DNA of 64,000 nucleotides. Origin: a virus. Positions 25,985 through 36,480 of this stretch are shown here, in pieces. Made by a program: the position numbers and the translations under genes. The stretch's first letter is position 1. Each line of letters begins with the position of its first letter. The stretch lies in IMG/VR virus record IMGVR_UViG_3300023198_001125. One strand, given 5' to 3'. The notes under the pieces were generated by a model. It made no database searches. It had not been told where the DNA came from and saw nothing but the letters and a program-made list of their open reading frames with translations.

Positions 25985-26926
25985 GTGCACTCGTTTCAGG
26001 AGATCAGAGATTTTAGAAGAATATATACCATCAGGTCGGTGCTCAATTATCATGGGCGCAAGAACTGGATGGTGTGTCCGCTGCCTCAGCATTTGCACGG
26101 CAACAGTCCGACCCCATCGTTTTCTATCTACTATGACAAGGATGGCGTGGAGAGGTTTAAGTGTCACGGAGTTTGTGGTTTGAAGGGTGATGTGATTGAT
26201 TTGATTGGTTACTTGCAGGTCTCATCGTACGACCCTACCAGTATCAACTCCGTTCTCCGCGCCGTCTCTATTCTAGGTAATAAGTTTGAAATATCGACCG
26301 CCCCTAAAAAGGTGCGTCGTGACCTCCTTAGAGCCGATGCCTGGCGGGCCTATGTCCCGCCGGGTGTCGAAGCTCATAGGTTTGCCGAGAGTAGGGGGTT
26401 GACCCGTCCTACCGTAGAGAAGTTCAAGATCGGCCAGAAGAATAGTTATTTGTCCATGCCCGTGTTTGAGAACGAGAAGCTTGCTGGTATTAAGTTCAGG
26501 GCAATGTATCCTGGTGGTGCCAGTCTCAGGTTTTTTACAGAGAAAGGTAGTAGAGCAGGGCTGTTCAACTTTGATAGGGTACTATGGACTGAAAAACCAG
26601 TTCTTATTGTCAAGGGCGAGATACCTGTGATGCTGCTGGATCAATATGATATGCTGGCGTGTGCTCCTACCGGTGGCGAGGGAATGTTGGTGGACGAGTA
26701 CGCAAGAGCACTAGCGTTTTCAGCTAGAAGGGTCGTCGTAGGTGATAATGACCCTGACGCAGAGGTAAGGGAGAAGATGCAAGAGGCCGCCAGGGTGCGT
26801 GCTAACGCGCTCCATGCCGAGCTGAGATTTCCTCCCGAAAAGTATAAAGACATTGACGAGTGGATACTTGCCGATGAATATGCAATCGATGAGATAAAAA
26901 GATGGTTTGATGGTTGGTCATTCTAA
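25985..26926 (+). CDS. DNA primase (CHC2 Zn finger + TOPRIM)
   Basis: CPLPQH...FKCHGVC; IVKGE...VVGDND; GTG start after GGGAGG. Confidence 0.85.
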   Translation: MHSFQEIRDFRRIYTIRSVLNYHGRKNWMVCPLPQHLHGNSPTPSFSIYYDKDGVERFKCHGVCGLKGDVIDLIGYLQVSSYDPTSINSVLRAVSILGNKFEISTAPKKVRRDLLRADAWRAYVPPGVEAHRFAESRGLTRPTVEKFKIGQKNSYLSMPVFENEKLAGIKFRAMYPGGASLRFFTEKGSRAGLFNFDRVLWTEKPVLIVKGEIPVMLLDQYDMLACAPTGGEGMLVDEYARALAFSARRVVVGDNDPDAEVREKMQEAARVRANALHAELRFPPEKYKDIDEWILADEYAIDEIKRWFDGWSF

Positions 26927-28414
26927 TGAATAAAACACAAACTAAGAAGCTGAGGAAGGCCATGTTTCATGCGGGCACTCCCAGTACCGAGTTAGGCATC
27001 TTCAAGTCCAGTATTGGACTATGGTGGGTGGGCAGAGAGGACTGGGGGTTATACCAAACTGCCTGGCCTGATGGCTATTTTCTAACCGCCGACGAGGCAA
27101 TAGAGGCCGCTCTCAATGGACAGCGGCCCGAAAGGACAGAACCATGCATAACGTACAAGCCACGGAGTATGAGGTAAAGTTTCAAAAACGTGGATCAGAC
27201 AATCCAGTTCAGAGAGCGAGGTTCTTTGCGCCTGATGCAGAGAAGACCTTCGAGGCCTGGCTGGAGATGATAGTAGAGAGCGATGACCCCAAGAATTATA
27301 TCTATCTTGGTGAGCGCGAGTGCACCGGCGAACCCATCACCCTGGAGGTGAAGGATGTCATCGTCGAGCCAAGGGGGAAAATTGGCTAGAGATGTGGAAA
27401 TTCCTCAAACATGTGGTTGGATTGATGATACGCTAGGTGATATAGATGCGATGGGGAGCGCCGCCAGGAAAGGACATGTATCGGATGTGGAAGAGCATGC
27501 TGGAAATGCCTGCTGCAATCTTGAATATCTGCGTGAGATGAATGCCGAACTACGGGAGGTAGCCGAGGATTATGGCAGCGATGCAGATATGTTCGAGGGC
27601 CAGGTAAACAGACTTCAGGATGCTCTCCATAGAAAGGATCAAGAGATAGTGTCTCTCGAGGAGAAGATAAGGAGGCTAGAGAATGGCCAGAATTTTAGAC
27701 AACCCCAATGGCAATACTGATAGAGCTATTGTGGAGTACGCACCAGAGGAATTACTTCCCAAGGTTTTCGATGCCGAAAAGTCTACATTTGGGAATGCAA
27801 TCCAATCGATAGCGTGGAAAGACCTGTGGGCTAACGCGCCCCATATTGTCAAAGGAAAAGAATTCAAGTATAGTAATTGCACAGTTATAGATGGACTGTA
27901 TATTGTTACCTTCTATACTGAGCTACCAGAAATCAAGAGCCCGCAACCGGAGGCTAGATGAGCGACATAACTACGAAGACAATGAAGACACCACACGTCA
28001 AGTATATTTCGAAGGGCCCAGGTTTTATGGCGATGATGACTATTCAAGCTGGGAGCGTGTCAGATGCCAAGTTGTTTAGGATGCATGATGACCAGCATGG
28101 TTCTATCATTCAATTCGATAACTATCTGGACATGCTGAACGGATATAGGGTTCTAGGTGCTTTGATAGAGGAGATCAAGAACGATGATCCAGGTTATAGT
28201 GAACAGCCAGAACCTACTGGTGAAGGCAGTGGCGCCGAATAGAGAGGAGAGCGCCCAGACTATCATGAAGGAGATACATCCAGCTCACCGTAAATATATG
28301 GGCAAGGGTGTTTGGGCTGTCGGGAACCCATGGAGATATAGAAATATTCCTGCAATAAAAAGTGCATTGAGGGACGCTCAGAAGCAAATGTCGTTTCTTG
28401 ATGATGCAATATAA
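26926..28414 (+). CDS. run of six hypothetical genes (26926-27177, 27144-27389, 27355-27720, 27683-27961, 27958-28242, about 28184-28414)
   Basis: Overlapping plus-strand ORFs, most with an RBS; starts uncertain. Confidence 0.6.
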
Positions 28415-28435
28415 ATTGTAAAAAGGACAAGTGAA

Positions 28436-29044
28436 ATGGCTAAGAAAGATAAAACGTTAGTGTGCTTTGTGCTGGATCAAAGTGGCTCCATGTGGTCTGT
28501 CAAGGATGACACCATTGGTGGTTACAATGAGTACATTGGTGGTCTTCGAGACGAGAAGAATATGTCGATGATGCTGACCCGCTTTAATACACAGGCGGTT
28601 ACTGTTGGTGAACCTGAGCCAATCAAGAATGTAACCAAGCTCTCTAAAGAAAATTACCGGCCTAGCTCTGGCACCCCGCTTTATGATGCAGTTGGCAGGG
28701 CTATCAAAGTAGCCGAGGCACACAAGAAAGTCAAGAATGTTCTTGTTGTTATCATGACTGATGGCCTGGAGAACTCATCTATAGAGTACGGAAGGAAAGC
28801 TCTGTTTGCTCTTGTCAAAGAGAAGGAGGAGGAGGGGTGGAAGTTTGCTTACCTTGGTGCCAATCAGGATGCGTATGCTGAGAGCGGTCTGATAGGTATT
28901 CAGAAGGGTGCTACTATGAACTACAGCCAGGATAGAACGGCTGAGACATTTAATGCCACCCTGCATGCAACCAAGCGGTACGCCCAAGCTCCGCAATCAA
29001 AGGACGATCTCTTTGATAAAGAGGAGAAGGATAAGGTCAAATAA
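28436..29044 (+). CDS. vWA (MIDAS) domain protein
   Basis: VLDQSGSM, GTPLYDAVG, VIMTDGLENSS. Confidence 0.9.
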   Translation: MAKKDKTLVCFVLDQSGSMWSVKDDTIGGYNEYIGGLRDEKNMSMMLTRFNTQAVTVGEPEPIKNVTKLSKENYRPSSGTPLYDAVGRAIKVAEAHKKVKNVLVVIMTDGLENSSIEYGRKALFALVKEKEEEGWKFAYLGANQDAYAESGLIGIQKGATMNYSQDRTAETFNATLHATKRYAQAPQSKDDLFDKEEKDKVK

Positions 29045-29046
29045 TT

Positions 29047-29146
29047 GGGGCTGAAGGTCATCGACGGCATACGTGATAAGGTTAAATGGACAAGAACAAA
29101 GCCTTGTATGAACCGGACGCGGGTTCAATTCCCGCCAGCTCCACCT
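29047..29146 (+). ncRNA. mini-tmRNA (tRNA-like domain only)
   Basis: 5' GGGGCTG...TCGAC; 3' GGACGCGGGTTCAATTCCCGCCAGCTCCA; G3:U70; only ~50 nt between the two ends. Confidence 0.85.
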
Positions 29147-29156
29147 AGGAGATAGC

Positions 29157-29333
29157 ATGAACAGAGCACAAAGAAGACACCTGAGCAGAAAGCATAAAAA
29201 CAAGAGGTTCAAGTTTAGATTGGGGTGTGCACCTGGGAAATGTTCCTATTGCAATGATAACAGGCAGTATTCATCTCTGTGGAGACTGGAGGCCGCAAAG
29301 GAAGAAATCAAACTTTTCGATACCGAAAACTAG
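29157..29333 (+). CDS. small basic protein with Cys motif
   Basis: AGGAG RBS; MNRAQRRHLSRKHK...CAPGKCSYC; 58 aa translated by hand. Confidence 0.6.
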   Translation: MNRAQRRHLSRKHKNKRFKFRLGCAPGKCSYCNDNRQYSSLWRLEAAKEEIKLFDTEN

Positions 29334-29342
29334 GAGGCTAGT

Positions 29343-29828
29343 ATGAGTGACAAAGTTACAGCAGTTCTACCGAATATAGATATAAGTGATTGGAAAATTG
29401 GCGTTGATTTTCGACAGGAGTGGGTGATGGCGCCAAGGCGGCCCAGGACTTTTGATTGTGGTTTGACGCCACGAGAGTGGGAGGTGCTGGTGCAGCGTGG
29501 TGTGGATGACTTTGGTGATAATAGAAGGCGTGTGACTATGACGCTCACCAAGGATGATGTTGAGGGTATGGTCATGCAGTTGGAAGGGACGCTGAAGGAC
29601 ATGGAAGAAATGGATGAGATGAGGGTACATGTCCAGCTGGATGATCGGCGTAATGCACGCTTGCAAGAGCCTATGTATGCTGTGGGTCAATGTACGCCTT
29701 ATCGTGCACGAATGACCCGCCCACCGGCTGGCCCTATCGAAAGCGCGAGCCTTGGTATGGGGCGCTCCCTTCTGGAAAACACTCGCCGTTTGGCAGGCAT
29801 ACATCATGGCGGAGGCATCGATGAGTGA
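29343..29828 (+). CDS. hypothetical protein
   Basis: AGGAGG RBS, 161 aa. Confidence 0.65.
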   Translation: MSDKVTAVLPNIDISDWKIGVDFRQEWVMAPRRPRTFDCGLTPREWEVLVQRGVDDFGDNRRRVTMTLTKDDVEGMVMQLEGTLKDMEEMDEMRVHVQLDDRRNARLQEPMYAVGQCTPYRARMTRPPAGPIESASLGMGRSLLENTRRLAGIHHGGGIDE

Positions 29829-30531
29829 CGATCCTATTAGGGTAGACCCATTGATAAAAGTACGTGTGTACCGTGGCTCGACCCAGGCCAAAGGGATTAT
29901 CAACCTAGCCAAGAAACATCACATGCATATTATAGGTGGGTACGTTCGTTGGATGTGCTCGCCCAGACCCAACCCTCATAAGCCAGGGGACATTGACTTG
30001 TTTCCCTCCGAGGAGGGCTGTGACGAGGACTTTGTAGAGCTCTTGCTGGCTAAGAAGTTCGAACTCGTCATTGAGACCGACGCCGCTTGGACATTCAAGA
30101 AGCACGAGAAATCCCCATACATCAGATGGCCGCAGATACAGGTGATCAAAGCATATCGAGAGGGTCGCACTGTGTGTGTTGGCACGCTCGAGGAGATCAT
30201 CTCCAACTTTGACTTCACTGTTTGCCGTGTCGGTTTGATTGACAAAACCTGGGCGCTGGCTGACCCAGATTTCAAGAGGGACGAAATTGGAAAACGTCTT
30301 AGATGGAAGAATATCCACTGCCCTATATCAGCAGTGGTTAGAGCCTGCAAATACTCTAAAAAGGGCTATTTTGTGGGCCCTATGGAGATTTTGAAGTTGT
30401 TCCATGACTGGGATGACCGTGGAGAAGTGTATAAATCAGAGCTGGCCGAGTTATTCCTTGCCTCCGAGAGCGAGGAGGAGTTTACTGAGGAGCAGCTACA
30501 CAGACTTGAGAGAATGCTGAGGATAGACTAA
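29821..30531 (+). CDS. Pol-beta superfamily nucleotidyltransferase, CCA-adding/poly(A) polymerase head-like
   Basis: IIGGYVRW...GDIDLF, NFDFTVC (cf. GGxVRD...DxD, RDFT). Confidence 0.75.
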   Translation: MSDDPIRVDPLIKVRVYRGSTQAKGIINLAKKHHMHIIGGYVRWMCSPRPNPHKPGDIDLFPSEEGCDEDFVELLLAKKFELVIETDAAWTFKKHEKSPYIRWPQIQVIKAYREGRTVCVGTLEEIISNFDFTVCRVGLIDKTWALADPDFKRDEIGKRLRWKNIHCPISAVVRACKYSKKGYFVGPMEILKLFHDWDDRGEVYKSELAELFLASESEEEFTEEQLHRLERMLRID

Positions 30532-32711
30532 TGTATAAAGTTATTGTTGCTTACTCTAGCGGAGAGCTTCAGAAGAAGTTGAACCATGCGGCGGAAACGG
30601 GCTTCTATTTATCTGGACAGCACCAGGCAACGACTTTCAAAGAGGCAGGCTTCAAGGGTGAGCGGATCATGTACTCTGCCATAGCGATAAGTCAGGAAAA
30701 GTCCCTTGGTATTGTACAGGGATATGTTGGTGCCATAGAGGAGGCGGTTGATGCTAATTGAAAAATATGGAACGGATGCCAAGACCCTGGTGATAGCATT
30801 TGCTTTGTCTTTCACACAGGCTAATATTGACCTTGAAGATATCACCGATCATTTTGGTATTGATGACGAGCACGCTGAGCAGGCCCTTGCAGAGGCTCAG
30901 AGTATACTGAGTGTTCAGTTGGAGACCTTCCAAACGGCCATCGAAGTCCGTAACAGACTGGAGGCCATTGAAGAACAAATCAACCGGGCAAATAAAGCCC
31001 ACTTGAATTAGGAGATAGTATGGGTATTACGCAGAAGGAAAAAGATTATTGGTTAAGGGAACTCGATAGTGAGTTAGAGAAACAGCAAGAGGAGTACGCT
31101 GCCGAGGTCGAGCATGCCATGGCTATAGCTGAGGTATTGACAATTGAAGAGAGTGGCGTTGCTGGAGAGTTGGAGGCGATGGATAGGAAGCTGGCTGAGG
31201 TAAACGAGCTCTATCGTGTCTACGAAGAGGCCAACGATGAACTTCAAGATATGGTAGAGGACACTAACAAGAAACTGAAGCCATTCAGGTATAGCCAGGA
31301 GCGATATGGTCAACTAAACTGGTACTCGGCAAAAGTTGACTACAGTCCACCTAGTAGTGCTTACCAGAAGACGGGTGTTGGAGATATCAAAAACAGTTGG
31401 ATCGAAACGTTTGCCGAGATGAAACTGGACGAGGTTCTTGCAAGCGAAGGGCTTACTGGTACACTGACGATCGGGGCAAAGCGCAAGGGTCTCAAGCGCA
31501 ACGTTATGCTGGCCACCACCAGTGCACAACTCCGTACTTTCCTGGAGGCGTTCTGTTCTGAAAATGGATTGGAGCTTTAATGTCATTCAAAGGTATGTGG
31601 GGAGTACAAAATCATATGCCGTTTACCGGCGGAACGTACCTTACCCGCATGCTTAGAAAGACAGGTGATAAGGGCACTCGCTTTGGTAATATGCATGACC
31701 TGCCTGTAACCGAGTGGTCATATGACAGGGAGTTCATGACTATCAGACAAATACCTGAGTGGTATCGTTCTGCTCATGGGTATATGTCCCCTAATTGGAG
31801 GTGCGGTGGAACCGATAGCCAGATGTGGAATATTGTCAGCGCAAGGATGGTTCACTGTGCTGACAATAACTTCGACAACTGGATGATGAACATTCAGGAT
31901 AAGTACCCTGGTTTGTGTTCGTGGGTGTATAACATGTATGCTGTCCCTAGAATAGAGCTTATCCATTTAGATGATGTGGACAAGTGGTTGTTGGCCAACT
32001 TTAGTATCGAAAGTGATAATAAGGTCAAGCGTAATTCACACAAAGACCCCAAAGTGATAATAACTCCACAGGTGAGGGCGATGTGTGAACTTATGGAGAG
32101 CCCACTATGGTGGGAGCTAACGCGTTCGAGGCAGACATGATAAGTGTAGGAGACAAGGTGAAGGTGAAGAAAGGAAGGCTTACACCGATGACGAGGAAGT
32201 TTATCGGCATGGTGGGAGAGGTTACCGAGAAGAAGGATAAGATGGGTAGCGTTCTCTATAGAGTTACGTTTGTTAGCACCAACCTTGTCTCCTCCGCATG
32301 TTTCTTCGGGCCCGAACTGGAGCCTGATATGGTAGAATAGGAGGAAACATGATACGGTTCATTACCTCAGAGAAATTGAGGCTAATCACTTCCACACGCG
32401 GCCTGCATATCGGCCGCGTTTTGTACCGCCTACACCGTCACTACTGTAGAAAGATGGACACGCGGGGGAAGTGCGACCTGGTGTGTAATACAACCTGTAA
32501 GGTCAGCTTGACCCGTATCTTCCGTCCTTTTGAAAATCCCAAAGACCCATATGCTCTGGTTGTATGGCGGTGCCGTGAGGCATTGGCCGTGCAGGTAGAG
32601 GAGACATCACAGGCGGTACCCCAAGTAAATATCTTCAATGAACAAGTTATTGGTAATGCATTCGAATGGTTAGCAGAGGAGTATGATGAAAGCGAGGCCG
32701 AGGCGAATTGA
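30531..32711 (+). CDS. run of six hypothetical genes (30531-30761, 30751-31011, 31020-31580, 31580-32140, 32137-32340, 32349-32711)
   Basis: Translationally coupled ORFs with RBS; 32137-32340 looks KOW/SH3-like. Confidence 0.65.
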
Positions 32712-33186
32712 AAACAAAGTTGCAGAACTACTATCCGATTACCTTGTATCTATTGCGCCCGTCTCGAAGGTGGAGAGAATACCCGTATTGGGTCGAACTG
32801 GCCCCGATATCGATATCCTGCCCATCTTCCGAGTTGCGGTCGATGTCAAGTCAAGGAAAGCAAATCCAAAATCGTACCAAGCAAGACCAGGCCAGATAAT
32901 GAGGTGGAGGAGCGACCATCATGGGTATACTCATGTTGGTGCTACCTTACAAGACCTTGATGTGCTTTTCGACATCGAAAACCATCCGGTCATTGTTGAA
33001 AAAATGTCGAAGGTAGTAGATGATTGGCTCGAGCATATGGATAGATGGTGTGATGAGAACAAACCTGTTTTGCCTGCGCTGGTATTACATTGGCCAGGTA
33101 GACCAGTCAAAGACAGTGTATTTGTAATTTATGATGGCGACAGGAGGATTTTGCATGACAGAAGAAAATGCTTTGACGATTTATAG
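32683..33186 (+). CDS. PD-(D/E)xK nuclease, Holliday junction resolvase-like
   Basis: RRIENKVAELL...GPDID...VDVKS. Confidence 0.65.
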   Translation: MMKARPRRIENKVAELLSDYLVSIAPVSKVERIPVLGRTGPDIDILPIFRVAVDVKSRKANPKSYQARPGQIMRWRSDHHGYTHVGATLQDLDVLFDIENHPVIVEKMSKVVDDWLEHMDRWCDENKPVLPALVLHWPGRPVKDSVFVIYDGDRRILHDRRKCFDDL

Positions 33187-34054
33187 TTATAACCCATCAA
33201 CTTCTGTACAATTATCGGGGGCCTTAGTGGGGCTAAGGGAGAATATTGAGGTAGCGGCGAGAGCTAGTTTGGATGCCGCAATGGACGAGGATGCCGACTG
33301 GACTGAAACAGAACAGTTGGCCATGCTCAGGATTGAACAGCTCAGGCAGGTGAATGGATTGGATTTGGCCGCCGTCTTATTGCGGGCGGAATACCTCCAG
33401 GAGATTGAGGGTAACAACCTCATCTCTCGACACCCTGCTGGGTATGCAAATATGGGGGAGATGGCTCGTGATCAAGGTATATCCCTTGCGGAGTTATCAC
33501 AAACACTAGACCTGGCCAATGTTGTCTTCCCATACGTACAACAGTTTGTTGCAATCCCTGTTCTTTGGGAGCAAATTGGTAAGTCCAACATGCGGGAACT
33601 GGTGCCGGTGTTGAAGTGTATCATCACTGGTGTAGATGCAGGTGCACAGTCAGTGAATGACGCGGCGCAAAGAATTCTCGATGATGTTGTTCTCACCTTC
33701 GCTAATGCTGATCGACCAGATGATGCCGAGGACAGAGATATTGTGCGGCGCGCTGCTGTTGAGCAGTTACTCGAGCATGGCGCTACACTAACGAACCGGG
33801 AGCTGAGACAGCAAATCAGACCTGAAAGAACTCCAGCCGCAGAAGTAACCACGTTCTCGACACCTGACGAGACCATTGTTATCGCTGCCGAGCTTACCCC
33901 TGAGCAGTGGGAACTGTTCATGAGAAGGATGGGTGCGTACGCTGATCCAATGCCGTTTGTTGCAGCAAACGACGCAGCCCAGAGACAGAGAGACGCCTTG
34001 GGTATCCGTGCCCTCCGTAGGATTATCGATGTAGTCGGAGGCGCTGATGCATAA
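33155..34054 (+). CDS. hypothetical replication-region protein
   Basis: AGGAGG RBS before ATG 33155; directly upstream of DnaB. Confidence 0.7.
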   Translation: MTEENALTIYSYNPSTSVQLSGALVGLRENIEVAARASLDAAMDEDADWTETEQLAMLRIEQLRQVNGLDLAAVLLRAEYLQEIEGNNLISRHPAGYANMGEMARDQGISLAELSQTLDLANVVFPYVQQFVAIPVLWEQIGKSNMRELVPVLKCIITGVDAGAQSVNDAAQRILDDVVLTFANADRPDDAEDRDIVRRAAVEQLLEHGATLTNRELRQQIRPERTPAAEVTTFSTPDETIVIAAELTPEQWELFMRRMGAYADPMPFVAANDAAQRQRDALGIRALRRIIDVVGGADA

Positions 34055-35390
34055 TGTGGGTTGGGAAAGAGCTGTTATAGCGACAGCAATATACGATCCA
34101 CAAACTATGGAGGAGGCTGGTGACTTGTTGCCAGCCGACTTCACCGATGAGCGTCAGGATATCTGGTCAGAGATAATGACGCTACATCGAAATGGTGCGC
34201 TTGATCAGAGAGCATTGATAGAGGCTCTCCGCGACAGAGGGGTGATGGGCACCGGTGCTTTGAGCGAGGAGTATCTCGCTGAACTGATGCAGTATCGTGG
34301 GACTGCGATGGAAGAGTACGCAAATAGGGTACTGAGTGCATCGAATAAGAGACAGATCATGCAAGTAGCGGGGATGATTATTGCAGATGCTCAGGATGAA
34401 AACGTAGATGATCAGGAGGCGTTTGATGCAGCGGAACGTAGACTTATGACGCTCCGCCGTAACAGATCGTCTGAATTAGGCACACCATTAGGAAGTATTA
34501 TTGGTGTCTTTCAGGATAGAATGCAAGGACTATTGGACGGTACGATTGTCCCCATGTGGATACCAGAGATTGAGCCTCTGAAAAGGGTTGTTCAATTCAT
34601 TGATGAGGAAGATTATATAGTTCTTGGTGGGAGACCAGGCGAGGGTAAGTCCTCGATTATGAGATACATGTTCATTGAGGGAGCGCTGGCGGGTACCCCG
34701 TCACTGCTGTTCAACCTGGAAAACGGAGAGCTTGAGTATGCTAAGTTTGCGCTTTCGTATAGGGCGCAAGTCGACAGCTCCAAGCTAAAAGACCCCAGAC
34801 TTTTGTCAGAAGAAGAACACGAGCGTGTTCGTTACGCTGCAAGGGAGCTCGCTAACGCGCCCTTGTATGTCAAGACACTGGGTGCCCCTTCGGTATATGA
34901 GGTGGAGCGTATATCTCGCCACCACATTACACGTTATGACGTCAAACGAATTGGCGTTGATTACATACAGCTAATAAGAAATGGCAAGGAGAATAAGGTA
35001 GCGGATGTGACAGAGAGCTCGCAGGTTTTGCGCTCTATTCCGATCAATTACAGAGTACCTCTTCTGGCCAATGCACAACTGTCAAGAAAAATTGAACACC
35101 GTGGGGAAGGGTCTATTCCAGTGCTCGCTGACTTGCGAGAGAGTGGCTCGCTGGAACAAGACGCTACCATGGTGTGGGTTCCTCGAGCAGTGTGGCCTAC
35201 ACCGACAGGCACGCAACTGCGGACGTTTCCAGATAATATAGACGAGAGTGGTGAGCTATATGAGGGAGCGAAAGCAATTCCAATCAAGGTTCATGTACTA
35301 AAGAACCGAAATGGTTCAGTAGGTGTGACACGTCCATTTCTATGGCGTAAGCACACGAACGATTTCAATACCATTATGATGGAGGTGTAG
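34047..35390 (+). CDS. dnaB: replicative DNA helicase, DnaB family
   Basis: GGRPGEGKS, FNLE, IGVDYIQL, AQLSR, DLRESGSLEQDA, KNRNG. Confidence 0.95.
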   Translation: MHNVGWERAVIATAIYDPQTMEEAGDLLPADFTDERQDIWSEIMTLHRNGALDQRALIEALRDRGVMGTGALSEEYLAELMQYRGTAMEEYANRVLSASNKRQIMQVAGMIIADAQDENVDDQEAFDAAERRLMTLRRNRSSELGTPLGSIIGVFQDRMQGLLDGTIVPMWIPEIEPLKRVVQFIDEEDYIVLGGRPGEGKSSIMRYMFIEGALAGTPSLLFNLENGELEYAKFALSYRAQVDSSKLKDPRLLSEEEHERVRYAARELANAPLYVKTLGAPSVYEVERISRHHITRYDVKRIGVDYIQLIRNGKENKVADVTESSQVLRSIPINYRVPLLANAQLSRKIEHRGEGSIPVLADLRESGSLEQDATMVWVPRAVWPTPTGTQLRTFPDNIDESGELYEGAKAIPIKVHVLKNRNGSVGVTRPFLWRKHTNDFNTIMMEV

Positions 35391-35687
35391 ATGATTATAT
35401 ACATGGATAGAGTTCCAACCTATCGTTTCAAAAGCAAACAGAGTTTTGCCAAGATGTTGTGGCCGCGACTAATTGGCATAAACATATCGCCAGGTGACCC
35501 ACCAGAGGTTATACCTGTTTACATTCCGTTCGCTCGAGTTGAGCCCGGTGATGGACAGGTAGTAATCGAGCTGTCGATGTGGACTGAGGACGCGTGGGTA
35601 ATCCTCCTATATAAGCGCTGGCCGTTTGTATACATTACGAGGGGCGGAGGAATAGATTTGGCAACACGGAGGATAGATGAAGATTAA
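35391..35687 (+). CDS. hypothetical protein
   Basis: 98 aa, GGAGGT RBS. Confidence 0.6.
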   Translation: MIIYMDRVPTYRFKSKQSFAKMLWPRLIGINISPGDPPEVIPVYIPFARVEPGDGQVVIELSMWTEDAWVILLYKRWPFVYITRGGGIDLATRRIDED

Positions 35688-36480
35688 TTGTAGTGGATAT
35701 CCTAGTAAGGGCACTATCACTATTGATGAGTGCTTGCAGTGTTCCCTGGATAGGGATAATACCTGCGGATATGACTACGCACTACTCAAGGGCATGTTCT
35801 ATGGCTCTGACCGTAGTGGTATTCATGTCACCGATTTGACTGGTTGCCTGCGTAAGGCATACCTTGATAAGGAGAAACCAAAGCCACAGTGGGTGCATGA
35901 ACGATTGGTATTGTTTATTGGTACCGCAATGCACGGTTTCCTGGAGGAGGGAGATGAATACATCGATGCGGAACTGCCGGTTGAGGCCTTTGGGGTTCGA
36001 GGAACTGCTGATGTTGTCTACAAAGCAGATGGAAGAGTCATTGATTACAAAACTACCAGATGGCTCAACCCGTCCAAGCTACCGTATGGTAGTCATGAAC
36101 TGCAAGTCAATATCTATGCCCAGCTTCTACGGGGTATGGGGAGGGAAGTTTCTGATCTCTTCATCCAGTACATAGACATGTCTGGGCCCACCAAGTGCAG
36201 AAATTGCAGATTGCCTGTGAGGCCTGACCATACTGGCGAGTTGGTTTGTCCTAGATGCGAGAAACAGCCAGCGAATGCTCACCTGGGTGCATATCTGGTC
36301 GAGATACCTGTTATGCCTGCTAATGAGATACGCACCTCGATTGAGATGCGGCGCAATGATATTCAGGTTGCATTTGATACAGGTATCTTCCCCGATGCCG
36401 AGCCTGGTTTCCTATGTTCCTATTGCTCCCACTGGGAGGAGGGGGACTGTGATGAGGGGAAGGCAGAGGTGGGTAGATGA
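35677..36480 (+). CDS. Cas4-like PD-(D/E)xK exonuclease
   Basis: GCLRKAY, GTAMH, GTADV, IDYKT, QVNIY, CSYC; Zn-ribbon insert CRNC...CPRC. Confidence 0.85.
   Translation: MKINCSGYPSKGTITIDECLQCSLDRDNTCGYDYALLKGMFYGSDRSGIHVTDLTGCLRKAYLDKEKPKPQWVHERLVLFIGTAMHGFLEEGDEYIDAELPVEAFGVRGTADVVYKADGRVIDYKTTRWLNPSKLPYGSHELQVNIYAQLLRGMGREVSDLFIQYIDMSGPTKCRNCRLPVRPDHTGELVCPRCEKQPANAHLGAYLVEIPVMPANEIRTSIEMRRNDIQVAFDTGIFPDAEPGFLCSYCSHWEEGDCDEGKAEVGR

Noticed and set aside
35677-36480. Cas4-like gene as evidence of a CRISPR system
   Set aside because: Stand-alone Cas4-like nucleases beside Sak4/DnaB are ordinary phage recombination genes.
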